Positions 41,846 to 53,630 of a stretch of 64,000 bases of DNA are shown in pieces. Each line of letters starts with the position of its first letter. Positions within the stretch are counted from its first letter, which is position 1. The stretch comes from Angustibacter luteus (lineage in GTDB: Bacteria > Actinomycetota > Actinomycetes > Actinomycetales > Angustibacteraceae), in NCBI RefSeq assembly GCF_039541115.1, contig NZ_BAABFP010000005.1, positions 496,001 through 560,000 on the forward strand, written 5' to 3'. The translations under genes were made by a program, and so were the position numbers. Below the pieces are notes generated by a model, which saw nothing but the letters and a program-made list of their open reading frames with translations, ran no database searches and was not told the DNA's origin.

Positions 41846-42603
41846 TGCCCGGACACCCCGGGCTGCAGGAGGGTCTCGAGGGCGGCGTCGATCCGACTGC
41901 GCCCGGCCCGCACGTGCGGCTCGACGGCGATCAACGCCTCGACCGACCCCTCGAAGACGGGGCGGCCGTCCCCCAGGACGACGACGTGGTCGGCGAGCAC
42001 CTGCACGTCCTCAGCCAGGTGGGTGGCCAGGATGATCGTCCGGTCGCCGGCGATCTCGCTCAAGTGGTCGCGCATGGCCGTGCGCTGGCCCGGGTCCAGC
42101 CCCGTCGTCGGTTCGTCGAGGAACAGCATCGGTGGCGAGTGCACGAGCGCCTGGGCCACGGCGAGCCGGCGCAGCATGCCGCCGGACAGGCTCCGGCATC
42201 GCGCGCCCGCCCTGTCCTGCAGGCCGACGGCGGCCAGGGCTGCCTCGACCGCCGCTGGGCGGGCCGAGGCCGGCACCTCCCGCAGCCAAGCAGCGTGGTG
42301 CAGCACCTCGACCAACCGCGCCCGCGGCGGGAAGGCAAGGTGCTGCGGGACGTAGCCCACGAGGCGCTTGGTGTGACGACCACGACGACCGGGCTCCACC
42401 GCGACACCGCCGATGGTGATGGTGCCCGCGTCGGGTCTCCGCTCACCGCACACCAGGCGCGAGAGGGTGGTCTTGCCGGCTCCGTTTGGGCCCATCAGCC
42501 CGGTGATCCCGCGGCCCGCGGTGAAGCTCAGCGGCCCCAGCGAGAACCCCCGTCGGTAGGTGAAGGTCACGTCCTCGACCCGCACGGAGCCGGCCGTCGA
42601 CAC
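41842..42603 (-). CDS. ABC transporter ATP-binding protein (exporter type)
   Basis: GPNGAGKTT, LSGGM, LDEPTTGLDP, ATH. Confidence 0.93.
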   Translation of the reverse strand: MSTAGSVRVEDVTFTYRRGFSLGPLSFTAGRGITGLMGPNGAGKTTLSRLVCGERRPDAGTITIGGVAVEPGRRGRHTKRLVGYVPQHLAFPPRARLVEVLHHAAWLREVPASARPAAVEAALAAVGLQDRAGARCRSLSGGMLRRLAVAQALVHSPPMLFLDEPTTGLDPGQRTAMRDHLSEIAGDRTIILATHLAEDVQVLADHVVVLGDGRPVFEGSVEALIAVEPHVRAGRSRIDAALETLLQPGVSGQ

Positions 42604-43059
42604 TCAGTACCTCTGCGCGGGGATCGCGACGGTGTGCATGGGGTCCGCTGCCAGAGGCCGGTCGAGCGCGACGCTCACCAACGTCTTGACGTAGCTGCTC
42701 GTCCCCGGGAGCGTGCCGGCCTTCGGGAGTTCGTGCCAGCTGCGGTGGTTCCACTTCGGCGTCTTCAGCTGCGGACCTGCCCGCCACGAGTGACCATCGG
42801 CACTGACGCTCATCGACGCCTGGGCGTAAGCCCCGCCATAGCCGGTCTGCGCCGCGTAGACGTTCGGGTAGAAGGTGACGCGGTTCGTGGACGTGTTCAC
42901 GTACCAGGTGCCGTAGGCGCCGGCCGCGTTCTTCCCCTGGTACGAGGCCCACATGGCCTTGGCCGGACTGGCGCGCCAGGTGTAGGCGTGCGCCGGTGCG
43001 GCCGTGACCAGTCCGAGCGCGACCGCGAGACCTGCGGCACGCAGGAGGTTTCGAAGCAT
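42604..43059 (-). CDS. Small secreted protein (151 aa)
   Basis: Sec signal MLRNLLRAAGLAVALGLVTAAPAHA; AAGGGG RBS; mature part rich in W/Y/T/S/K. Confidence 0.8.
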   Translation of the reverse strand: MLRNLLRAAGLAVALGLVTAAPAHAYTWRASPAKAMWASYQGKNAAGAYGTWYVNTSTNRVTFYPNVYAAQTGYGGAYAQASMSVSADGHSWRAGPQLKTPKWNHRSWHELPKAGTLPGTSSYVKTLVSVALDRPLAADPMHTVAIPAQRY

Positions 43060-43166
43060 GACTGCCCCTTGAGTTTGGGTGACTACTGACACGGATGACG
43101 CTAGTCAGGCGTGTCTCCCAGGAGCAAGACCCGCGCCATGCGAGGTCTGCATCCCCCGGCGGACCG

Positions 43167-44804
43167 CTACTGCCGCAGGCGGAAACGCTGCAGCTTGCCG
43201 GTGCTGGTGCGCGGCAGCTCGGCGACGAACTCGATGCGTCGCGGGTACTTGTACGGCGCGATGACCGCCTTCACGTGGTCCTGCAGCGCGCGCACCAGGG
43301 CGGGGTCGGCGACGACGTCGTCGCCCAGCACGACGAAGGCCGTGACGAGCTGACCGCGGTCGGTGTCCGGCGTCCCGATGACCGCGACCTCGGTGACGTC
43401 CGGGTGGCTGAGCAGCGCTTCCTCGACCTCGGGCGCGGCGATGTTGTAGCCGGCCGAGATGATCATGTCGTCGCTGCGGGCCTGGTACCAGAGGTACCCG
43501 TCCTCGTCCTGGACGTAGGTGTCGCCGGTGACGTTCCAGCCGTCCTGCACGTACACGGACTGACGGTCGTCGGCCAGGTACCGGCATCCGGTCGGTCCGC
43601 GCACGGCCAACCGACCCACCTGCCCCGCGGGAAGCGGCGACCCGTCGTCACCCAGGACGACGGCGCGGTACCCGGGGACGGCGCGACCGGTGGAACCCGG
43701 CCGGATGTCGTCGTCCGCGGCCGAGACGAAGATGTGCAGCATCTCGGTCGACCCGAGGCCGTCGATGATCGCGATGCCGGTGGCGTCGCGAAAGGCCTCC
43801 CACGTGGCCGCGGGCAGGTGCTCGCCGGCAGAGACGCAGCGGCGCAACGAGGTCAGCCGCTCCGCGCGCCCGGCCGCCAGCATCGCGCGGTAGGCCGTCG
43901 GCGCCGTGAAGCAGATGGTGACACCGTGCTCGGCGACCAGGTCCGCGAGCTGGTCCGGGGAGGCCTTCTCGATCAGCAGGGTGCTAGCGCCGACGCGCAG
44001 CGGAAAGACCACGAGACCGCCCAGCCCGAACGTGAAGGCGAGCGGCGGCGTGCCGGTGAAGACGTCGTCCGGCGTGGGCTTGAGCACGTGCCGGGAGAAC
44101 GTGTCGGCGTTCGCCAGGACGTCCCGGTGGAAGTGCATCGTGGCCTTGGGTCGTCCGGTGGTGCCCGAGGTGAACGCGAGCAGGGCGACGTCGTCCGCAG
44201 ACGTCGCGACCGCCTCGTGCTGGCTCTCGGCCCGCTCCGCCCGGTGCACCAGGTCGTCCGCGTCGTCCGGGTCGGTCGATCCGTAGGCCACCACCGGCAC
44301 GCCGAGGTCGGCGGCCCGCAGGTCGTCCAGGAACCGGTGGTCGCACAGCGCCAGGTCGAGCCGGGCGATCTCGTGGATCGTGGCCAGCTCGCCGGGTCGC
44401 AGCAGCGGCATCGTCGTCACCGCGACCGCGCCGACCCGCAGCACCGCGAACCAGCACGCGACGATCCAGGGGTTGTTCGGCCCGCGGAGCAGGACTCGTT
44501 GGCCAGGACGAATCCCGAGGTCGTCGACGAGCACGCGCGCGGTGCGCCGGACGCGGTCGGCGAGGCCGTCGTAGGTCCAGCGCGTCCCGTCCGGCGCGAG
44601 CAGGCACTCGCGGTCGCCACCGGTCGCCTCGATGGTCGCGTCGAGCAGCTCGACGGAGCAGTTGAGCTGACTCGGGTACTGCAGCTCGGGGAGGTCGAAG
44701 GTCAGCTCGGGCCACTGCTCGCGCGGCGGGAGGTGGTCCCGGCAGAAGGTGTCGACGTGGGCCGAAGGCCCCAGCGCCGCCGTCCTCGAACCCTGTGCCG
44801 TCAC
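43167..44804 (-). CDS. Aromatic acid-CoA ligase (2-aminobenzoate-CoA ligase-like)
   Basis: SAHVDTF, FTSGTTGRPKATMH, FTFGLGG, SAGE, DGLGSTE, YKYPR. Confidence 0.9.
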   Translation of the reverse strand: MTAQGSRTAALGPSAHVDTFCRDHLPPREQWPELTFDLPELQYPSQLNCSVELLDATIEATGGDRECLLAPDGTRWTYDGLADRVRRTARVLVDDLGIRPGQRVLLRGPNNPWIVACWFAVLRVGAVAVTTMPLLRPGELATIHEIARLDLALCDHRFLDDLRAADLGVPVVAYGSTDPDDADDLVHRAERAESQHEAVATSADDVALLAFTSGTTGRPKATMHFHRDVLANADTFSRHVLKPTPDDVFTGTPPLAFTFGLGGLVVFPLRVGASTLLIEKASPDQLADLVAEHGVTICFTAPTAYRAMLAAGRAERLTSLRRCVSAGEHLPAATWEAFRDATGIAIIDGLGSTEMLHIFVSAADDDIRPGSTGRAVPGYRAVVLGDDGSPLPAGQVGRLAVRGPTGCRYLADDRQSVYVQDGWNVTGDTYVQDEDGYLWYQARSDDMIISAGYNIAAPEVEEALLSHPDVTEVAVIGTPDTDRGQLVTAFVVLGDDVVADPALVRALQDHVKAVIAPYKYPRRIEFVAELPRTSTGKLQRFRLRQ

Positions 44805-44888
44805 CCCGCCAGTATGACCGTCTCGTGACGACAATCAAGAGACCGCGACACGAGCGCGTCGTCCCAGGCGGCCCGGTATCGTGCACGC

Positions 44889-45743
44889 GTGACGACCGAC
44901 AGGGCCACGCCAGCGACCCGCCTGCCCTCGCAGCAACCACGCGCCCTCATCGTCACCGTGTACGGGCTGTACGCCCGCGAGACGGCCGGCTGGCTCGCGG
45001 TCGCGACGCTGGTGCGGCTGCTGGACGGGGTCGGAGTCGAGGAGCCCGCCGTCCGCTCGGCGATCTCGCGGCTCAAGCGCCGTGGCGTGCTCGCCGCCCG
45101 GACCCGCGCCGGGGTCGCAGGCTACGAGCTCTCCCCCGCCGGCCGGGCGATCCTCGCCGAAGGCGACCAGCGGATCTTCCAACGCGTCAGGGCGACTGTC
45201 GGCGAGGGGTGGCTGCTGGCGGTGTTCAGCGTGCCGGAGTCGGAACGGCGACGTCGCCACCAGCTGCGCGCGCGGTTGACCTGGTTGGGCTTCGGGACCG
45301 TCTCGGCCGGGGTCTGGGTGGCCCCGGCGCACCTGAGCGCGGAGACCACCGAGGTGCTCGAACGACACGAGCTCACCGAGTACGTCGACCTGTTCCGCGC
45401 CGACCACCTCGCGTTCGGTGACCTGCGGGCCGAGGTGTCGCAGTGGTGGCAGCTCGACGGTCTCGCGGCGATGTACGAGGACTTCACCGCCGCCTTCGCG
45501 CCCGTCCTGCGCCGGTGGCAGCGGCGACGGACGACGGACGACGGGGCCGCCTTCGCCGACTACGTGACTGCCCTGACCGCGTGGCGCCGGCTGCCCTTCC
45601 TCGATCCCGGACTCCCCTTGGACGTATTGCCCAGCAAGTGGCCCGGGGCTCGTGCTGGGCACCTCTTCGAGGGGCTGACGGCGGCCCTGGCGCCAGCGGC
45701 CCATCGGCACCTCGCCGCGGTCTCCTCGGGAGACGTGCCGTGA
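44889..45743 (+). CDS. PaaX-family transcriptional regulator
   Basis: LIVTVYGLY, VRSAISRLKRRG, FSVPE, LGFG, WRRLPFLDPGLP. Confidence 0.92.
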   Translation: MTTDRATPATRLPSQQPRALIVTVYGLYARETAGWLAVATLVRLLDGVGVEEPAVRSAISRLKRRGVLAARTRAGVAGYELSPAGRAILAEGDQRIFQRVRATVGEGWLLAVFSVPESERRRRHQLRARLTWLGFGTVSAGVWVAPAHLSAETTEVLERHELTEYVDLFRADHLAFGDLRAEVSQWWQLDGLAAMYEDFTAAFAPVLRRWQRRRTTDDGAAFADYVTALTAWRRLPFLDPGLPLDVLPSKWPGARAGHLFEGLTAALAPAAHRHLAAVSSGDVP

Positions 45744-45746
45744 CCG

Positions 45747-46139
45747 CTACAGGATCGCGAGGCCCTGCAGCTCGACCAGTGCCGCGTCGTCCCAGAGTCG
45801 GCTGATCCCGATGCCCGCGCTGGCTGGGTAGTCCGAGCCGACCAGCCGCCGCCAGACCTGACCGATCTCGCGCGCGTGGGCCCGGTAGTCGGCGAGGTCG
45901 ACGCTGTAGATCGTCAGTCCGGCCAGGTGCTCCGGGCCTCCTCCGGCGCCGCGCAGTGCCGTGAGCAGGTTCGTCAACGCCTGCTCGAACTGCTCGACGA
46001 CGCCGGCTCCGACGATTCGGCCGTCGCCGTCGAGCGCGGTCTGGCCGGCCAGCACGACGACCCGGCCCTCACCCACCACGGCGTGCGCGAAGCCGCTCGG
46101 GCGGGCCAGCTCGGGCGGGTTGACTCGTTGCAGGCTCAT
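45747..46139 (-). CDS. RidA/YjgF family protein
   Basis: PSGFAHAV, LAGQTA, YPA, LVELQG. Confidence 0.9.
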   Translation of the reverse strand: MSLQRVNPPELARPSGFAHAVVGEGRVVVLAGQTALDGDGRIVGAGVVEQFEQALTNLLTALRGAGGGPEHLAGLTIYSVDLADYRAHAREIGQVWRRLVGSDYPASAGIGISRLWDDAALVELQGLAIL

Positions 46140-46906
46140 GACTGGACCGCTCCTCCGTCGACGTTGATCGCCTGCCCGGTGATCGAGGGGTTGGCCAGGC
46201 ACAGCAGGACGACGTCCGCGACCTCGTCGGGGGTGACGAGCCGACCCGTCGGCTGCTTGCGGGCGAGCGCGTCCCGGGCCTGCTCCGGCGTCCGGCCCGT
46301 GGCGGCCGCGATCGCGCGCACCGTGGCGTCGGTCATCGGGGTGTCGACGTAGCCTGGGCAGACCGCGTTCACGGTCACGCCGTCCCCCGCCAGCTCGGCG
46401 GCCGCGGAGCGGACCAGCCCCAGCAGTCCGTGCTTGCTGGCGGTGTAGGCGGCGATGTAGGGCTCCCCCACCTTGCCTGCCACCGACGCGATGGCGACGA
46501 TCCGACCGTTGCCGCTCGCCCGCATCGCGGGGACCGCCCGCCGCACGCAGCGGAACGGAGCCGTCAGGTTGAGGTCGAGGGTGTGCTGCCAGTCCTCGTC
46601 GCTCGTGCGCTCGATCCGGGCCGAGCCCGACGTCCCGGCGTTGAGCACCAGGTCGGTCACCGGACCCCAGGCGTCCTCGACCTGGTCGAACACCTGGTCC
46701 ACCCCGCTCAGGTCGAGCAGGTCCGCGGGCACCACGAGCGTGTCGGCGGGGCAGGCCTGCGCGGTCTCGGCCAGCTCTGCCGCGCTGCGGGCGGTGAGGG
46801 CGACTCGCAGACCCTGGCGGCTCAGTGCGATGGCCACCGCACGTCCGATCCCCCGGCCCGCACCGGTGACCAGGGCGACGCGGTCCGACGACTCAGGCAC
46901 AGGCAC
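46136..46906 (-). CDS. Short-chain dehydrogenase/reductase
   Basis: TGAGRGIG, NAG, YTASK, PGYVDT, NVDGG. Confidence 0.93.
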   Translation of the reverse strand: MPVPESSDRVALVTGAGRGIGRAVAIALSRQGLRVALTARSAAELAETAQACPADTLVVPADLLDLSGVDQVFDQVEDAWGPVTDLVLNAGTSGSARIERTSDEDWQHTLDLNLTAPFRCVRRAVPAMRASGNGRIVAIASVAGKVGEPYIAAYTASKHGLLGLVRSAAAELAGDGVTVNAVCPGYVDTPMTDATVRAIAAATGRTPEQARDALARKQPTGRLVTPDEVADVVLLCLANPSITGQAINVDGGAVQS

Positions 46907-47110
46907 CGGGTCACCGTGGCATGTGCGCGCGGTCGCGGCAAGCAGTCGCCTCGTCGTGTCGCGGTCCGACAGGTGAGACAGCCGGACCCGAGTCCCAGCA
47001 CGAATCGCGGCCCGACAGGCCCGGAGGGGTTGGCGAGGTGGACAGTTCGCCCTGTTTCGTTACGGTCGATGACGTTCGGAGGACACCCCAGATGCAAGGA
47101 GCTGAACCTC

Positions 47111-47800
47111 GTGAACCGCACGATCATCCGCAATGCCGTCGCCGGCACCACTCTGGTGGCCAGCGCTGCGCTCGCCGCACCCGCCTTCGCCTGCCTGCCG
47201 TCCGACACCGGTAGCACCACGGCGTCGCCGAGCAGCGCCTCGGCGGCCTGGGCAGCCAGCGACGCGAAGTCCGGCGCGAAGGATCCGAAGACCAAGGCCC
47301 CGACGGCCAAGGACCCGAAGGCCAGCACGCTGACGTTCGCCGAGAAGCGGGCCAAGGTGCTCGACCGCATCGATGCCAGGCTCGCCGGGCTGAAGGCGCT
47401 CCGGGCGAAGGTGGTCGGCTCCGACCGGCTGACGTCCGAGCAGCAGAGCGCCTGGTTGGCCAAGATCGACGCGGCCACCGCAGCCCTGAGCGGCCTGCGC
47501 AGCGATGTCGCCGCCGACACCACGACGGCGCAGCTCAAGGACGACCTGAAGGCGTTCGCGACCGCGCACCAGGGTGACCTGCGCCAGCTCGGCGCCGGGC
47601 ACCACCGCTGGGGAAAGCACCACGAGCGGAAGGCCGTTGACCCCGGTCGGGACGCCAAGCAGGCCGGCTCGCACGTCGCCCGCCACCGCGGCGACAACCG
47701 TCGGGACGGCAGCCATGAGAGCCGTCAGGACGGGCAGAGCGGTGCGGCCCGCACGGTGTCGTACCGGCAGCACGCCGGTGCCGGGTCTCGTCATGGCTGA
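47111..47800 (+). CDS. Secreted helical hypothetical protein
   Basis: AAGGAG RBS; signal peptide ending AFA; helical core; His/Arg-rich tail. Confidence 0.75.
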   Translation: MNRTIIRNAVAGTTLVASAALAAPAFACLPSDTGSTTASPSSASAAWAASDAKSGAKDPKTKAPTAKDPKASTLTFAEKRAKVLDRIDARLAGLKALRAKVVGSDRLTSEQQSAWLAKIDAATAALSGLRSDVAADTTTAQLKDDLKAFATAHQGDLRQLGAGHHRWGKHHERKAVDPGRDAKQAGSHVARHRGDNRRDGSHESRQDGQSGAARTVSYRQHAGAGSRHG

Positions 47801-47821
47801 CCGCACCTGACGCCGAACGAC

Positions 47822-47855
47822 GACGAGGGCCCCACCACCAGGTGGGGCCCTCGTC
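47822..47855. terminator. Perfect 15-bp hairpin between convergent genes (likely bidirectional terminator)
   Basis: GACGAGGGCCCCACC-ACCA-GGTGGGGCCCTCGTC. Confidence 0.85.
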
Positions 47856-47864
47856 ACGTCACGA

Positions 47865-49607
47865 TCAGAGGTACTGGCCCGTGTTGGCGACGGTGTCGAT
47901 GGCCCGTCCGGGCTCGGTGCCCTGCTTGCCGGTGATCAGGGTACGGATGTACACGATCCGCTCGCCCTTCTTGCCGGAGATGCGAGCCCAGTCATCCGGG
48001 TTCGTCGTGTTGGGCAGGTCCTCGTTCTCCTTGAACTCGTCCACGCACGCATCCAGCAGGTGCTCCACCCGGATGCCACGCTGCTGCGTGGTGAGGAAGT
48101 CCTTGATCGCAGACTTCTTGGCCCGGTCCACGATGTTCTGCACCATGGCTCCGGAGTTGAAGTCCTTGAAGTAGAGGATCTCCTTGTCGCCGTTGGCGTA
48201 CGTGACCTCGAGGAAGCGGTTCTCGTCGATCTCGGAGTACATCCGCTCGACCGTCCGCTGGATCATCGCCTCGACCGTGGCCTGACGAGACCCACCGTTC
48301 TCCGCGACGTCCTGCTCGTGCAGCGGCAGGTCCGACGTCAGGTACTTGGTGAAGATGTCGCGCGAGGCCTCGGCGTCCGGACGTTCGATCTTGATCTTCA
48401 CGTCCAGGCGTCCCGGGCGCAGGATCGCCGGGTCGATCATGTCCTCGCGGTTGGACGCGCCGATGACGATCACGTTCTCGAGCCGCTCCACGCCGTCGAT
48501 CTCCGACAGCAGCTGCGGGACGATGGTGGTCTCGACGTCCGAGCTGACGCCCGAACCGCGGGTGCGGAACAGCGAGTCCATCTCGTCGAAGAACACCACC
48601 ACGGGCGTCCCGTCCGAGGCCTTCTCGCGAGCCCGCTGGAAGATCAGCCGGATGTGCCGCTCCGTCTCGCCGACGTACTTGTTCAGCAGCTCGGGGCCCT
48701 TGATGTTCAGGAAGTAGGACTTCCCGAGCGGCTGGCCACTCAGCTCGGCCACCTTGCGCGCCAGGGAGGACGCGACGGCCTTGGCGATCAGCGTCTTGCC
48801 GCAGCCGGGCGGACCGTAGAGCAGAACGCCCTTCGGCGGCCGCAGGTGGTGCTCACGGAACAGCTCGGGGTGCAGGTACGGCAGCTCGACGGCGTCCCGG
48901 ATCTGGTCGATCTGGTTGCCCAGCCCACCGATGTCCTCGTACGCGATGTCGGGGACCTCTTCGAGGATGAGCTCCTCGACCTCAGCCTTGGGGATCCGCT
49001 CGTAGACGAAGCCGGCCCGCGAGTCGATCAGCAGCCCGTCACCGATCCGCATCTTGTGCTCGCGCAGCGCGTCCGCGACCCGGGCGACCCGCTCCTCGTC
49101 GGCATGGCCGACGACGAGCACGCGGTCCTCGCCGAGGATCTCCTTCAGCTGCACGACCTCGCCGACCCGCTCGAAGCCCCGGGCCTGGACGACGTTCAAC
49201 GCCTCGTTCAGCAGCACCTCGCGGCCGGGGACGAGGTCCTCCTCCTGCACGGTCGGGCTCACGGCCACGCGCATCTTGCGCCCCCCGGTGAGGACGTCGA
49301 CCGTGCCCTCCGGGCCGACCTCGACGATCGTGCCGAAACCGGACGGCGGTTGGGCCAGCCGGTCGACCTCGGCCTTGAGCGTGACGATCTGGTCGCGCGC
49401 CTCCTTCAACGTGCGGACCAGCCGCTCGTTCTGCGCCGACGTGTTCTCCAGGCTCGACTGCAGCTGCGAGAGCCGCGCCTCGAGCGCGTGCACCCGGTCC
49501 GGTGACGTGGCCACCCGTCGGCGCAGGACGGCGATCTCGTCCTCGAGCGCGCGAACCTGCCGCTGCAGGTCTGCCGGCGAGCGTCCGCCGGAGTCGTGTT
49601 CCGTCAT
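47865..49607 (-). CDS. arc: Proteasome ATPase (ARC/Mpa)
   Basis: N-terminal coiled coil, [15 protein letters not shown]-terminal GQYL docking motif. Confidence 0.97.
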   Translation of the reverse strand: MTEHDSGGRSPADLQRQVRALEDEIAVLRRRVATSPDRVHALEARLSQLQSSLENTSAQNERLVRTLKEARDQIVTLKAEVDRLAQPPSGFGTIVEVGPEGTVDVLTGGRKMRVAVSPTVQEEDLVPGREVLLNEALNVVQARGFERVGEVVQLKEILGEDRVLVVGHADEERVARVADALREHKMRIGDGLLIDSRAGFVYERIPKAEVEELILEEVPDIAYEDIGGLGNQIDQIRDAVELPYLHPELFREHHLRPPKGVLLYGPPGCGKTLIAKAVASSLARKVAELSGQPLGKSYFLNIKGPELLNKYVGETERHIRLIFQRAREKASDGTPVVVFFDEMDSLFRTRGSGVSSDVETTIVPQLLSEIDGVERLENVIVIGASNREDMIDPAILRPGRLDVKIKIERPDAEASRDIFTKYLTSDLPLHEQDVAENGGSRQATVEAMIQRTVERMYSEIDENRFLEVTYANGDKEILYFKDFNSGAMVQNIVDRAKKSAIKDFLTTQQRGIRVEHLLDACVDEFKENEDLPNTTNPDDWARISGKKGERIVYIRTLITGKQGTEPGRAIDTVANTGQYL

Positions 49608-49642
49608 GTCGCACCTCCCCCATAGGGACCCACGACTCGACC

Positions 49643-52718
<3,076 letters not shown>

Positions 52719-52743
52719 TCCGGTGCCCCTCCGCGCGGACGCT

Positions 52744-52772
52744 CAGGGTTCCCCCCAGGGTCGAGCCAGGGT
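52744..52772 (+). promoter_or_regulatory. Triple CAGGGT direct repeat upstream of ABC operon
   Basis: CAGGGT at 52744, 52756 and 52767 (about one helical turn apart). Confidence 0.45.
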
Positions 52773-52853
52773 GATACCCCCTCGCCTGCAGGGGGGGTGG
52801 TGCCGGAGGATGGGTGCCCTGCCCGGCGACCGACTGGGTAGTGACGACTAGGG

Positions 52854-53630
52854 GTGAAGAGCGTGAGTTCGGTAGAGGGAAGCACGACCACGGACGCGGT
52901 GGCCAGTGCCCGCGGGCTGAAGAAGATCTACGGGCGGGGGGAGGCGGAGGTGCACGCCTTGGACGGGGTGGACGTCGACTTCGGGCGGGAGCGGTTCACC
53001 GCCATCCTCGGGCCCTCGGGGTCCGGCAAGTCGACGCTCATGCACTGCATGGCGGCGCTGGACACCCCGACGGAGGGCAGCGTCGTCATCGACGGCGTCG
53101 AGGTGGCCGGCCTGAAGGACAAGGCGCTGACGAAGCTGCGCCGGGACCGGATCGGCTTCGTCTTCCAGTCCTTCAACCTGGTGCCGACGCTGAGCGCGCG
53201 GGAGAACATCACGCTCCCCATGGACATCGCGGGCACGAAGGTCGACCAGGAGTGGTTCGACACCGTGATCGACACCGTGGGACTGCGCGATCGCCTGCAC
53301 CACAAGCCGAACGAGCTGTCCGGCGGTCAGCAGCAGCGGGTGGCCTGTGCGCGGGCGCTGGCCTCGAAGCCGGCCATCATCTTCGCCGACGAGCCGACCG
53401 GGAACCTCGACTCGCGGGCCAGCGCCGAGATCCTCGGCTTCCTGCGCCGCTCGGTCGACGACTTCGGTCAGTCGATCGTGATCGTCACGCACGACCCGGT
53501 GTCCGCTGGCTACGCCGACCGGGCCCTGTTCCTGGCGGACGGCACGATCGTCGACGAGATGCACGAGCCGACCGCCGACGCGGTCCTGGACCGGATGAAG
53601 GGCTTCGACGCCGTGGGGCGGCGGTCCTGA
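52854..53630 (+). CDS. ABC ATP-binding protein (LolD/MacB type)
   Basis: GPSGSGKS, GFVFQSFNL, LSGGQQQR, ADEPTGNLD. Confidence 0.95.
   Translation: MKSVSSVEGSTTTDAVASARGLKKIYGRGEAEVHALDGVDVDFGRERFTAILGPSGSGKSTLMHCMAALDTPTEGSVVIDGVEVAGLKDKALTKLRRDRIGFVFQSFNLVPTLSARENITLPMDIAGTKVDQEWFDTVIDTVGLRDRLHHKPNELSGGQQQRVACARALASKPAIIFADEPTGNLDSRASAEILGFLRRSVDDFGQSIVIVTHDPVSAGYADRALFLADGTIVDEMHEPTADAVLDRMKGFDAVGRRS

Noticed and set aside
52814..53629. ATPase-permease fusion suggested by the 1115-aa ORF
   Set aside because: The ATPase is in another frame; the permease starts at ATG 53630 through a TGATG overlap
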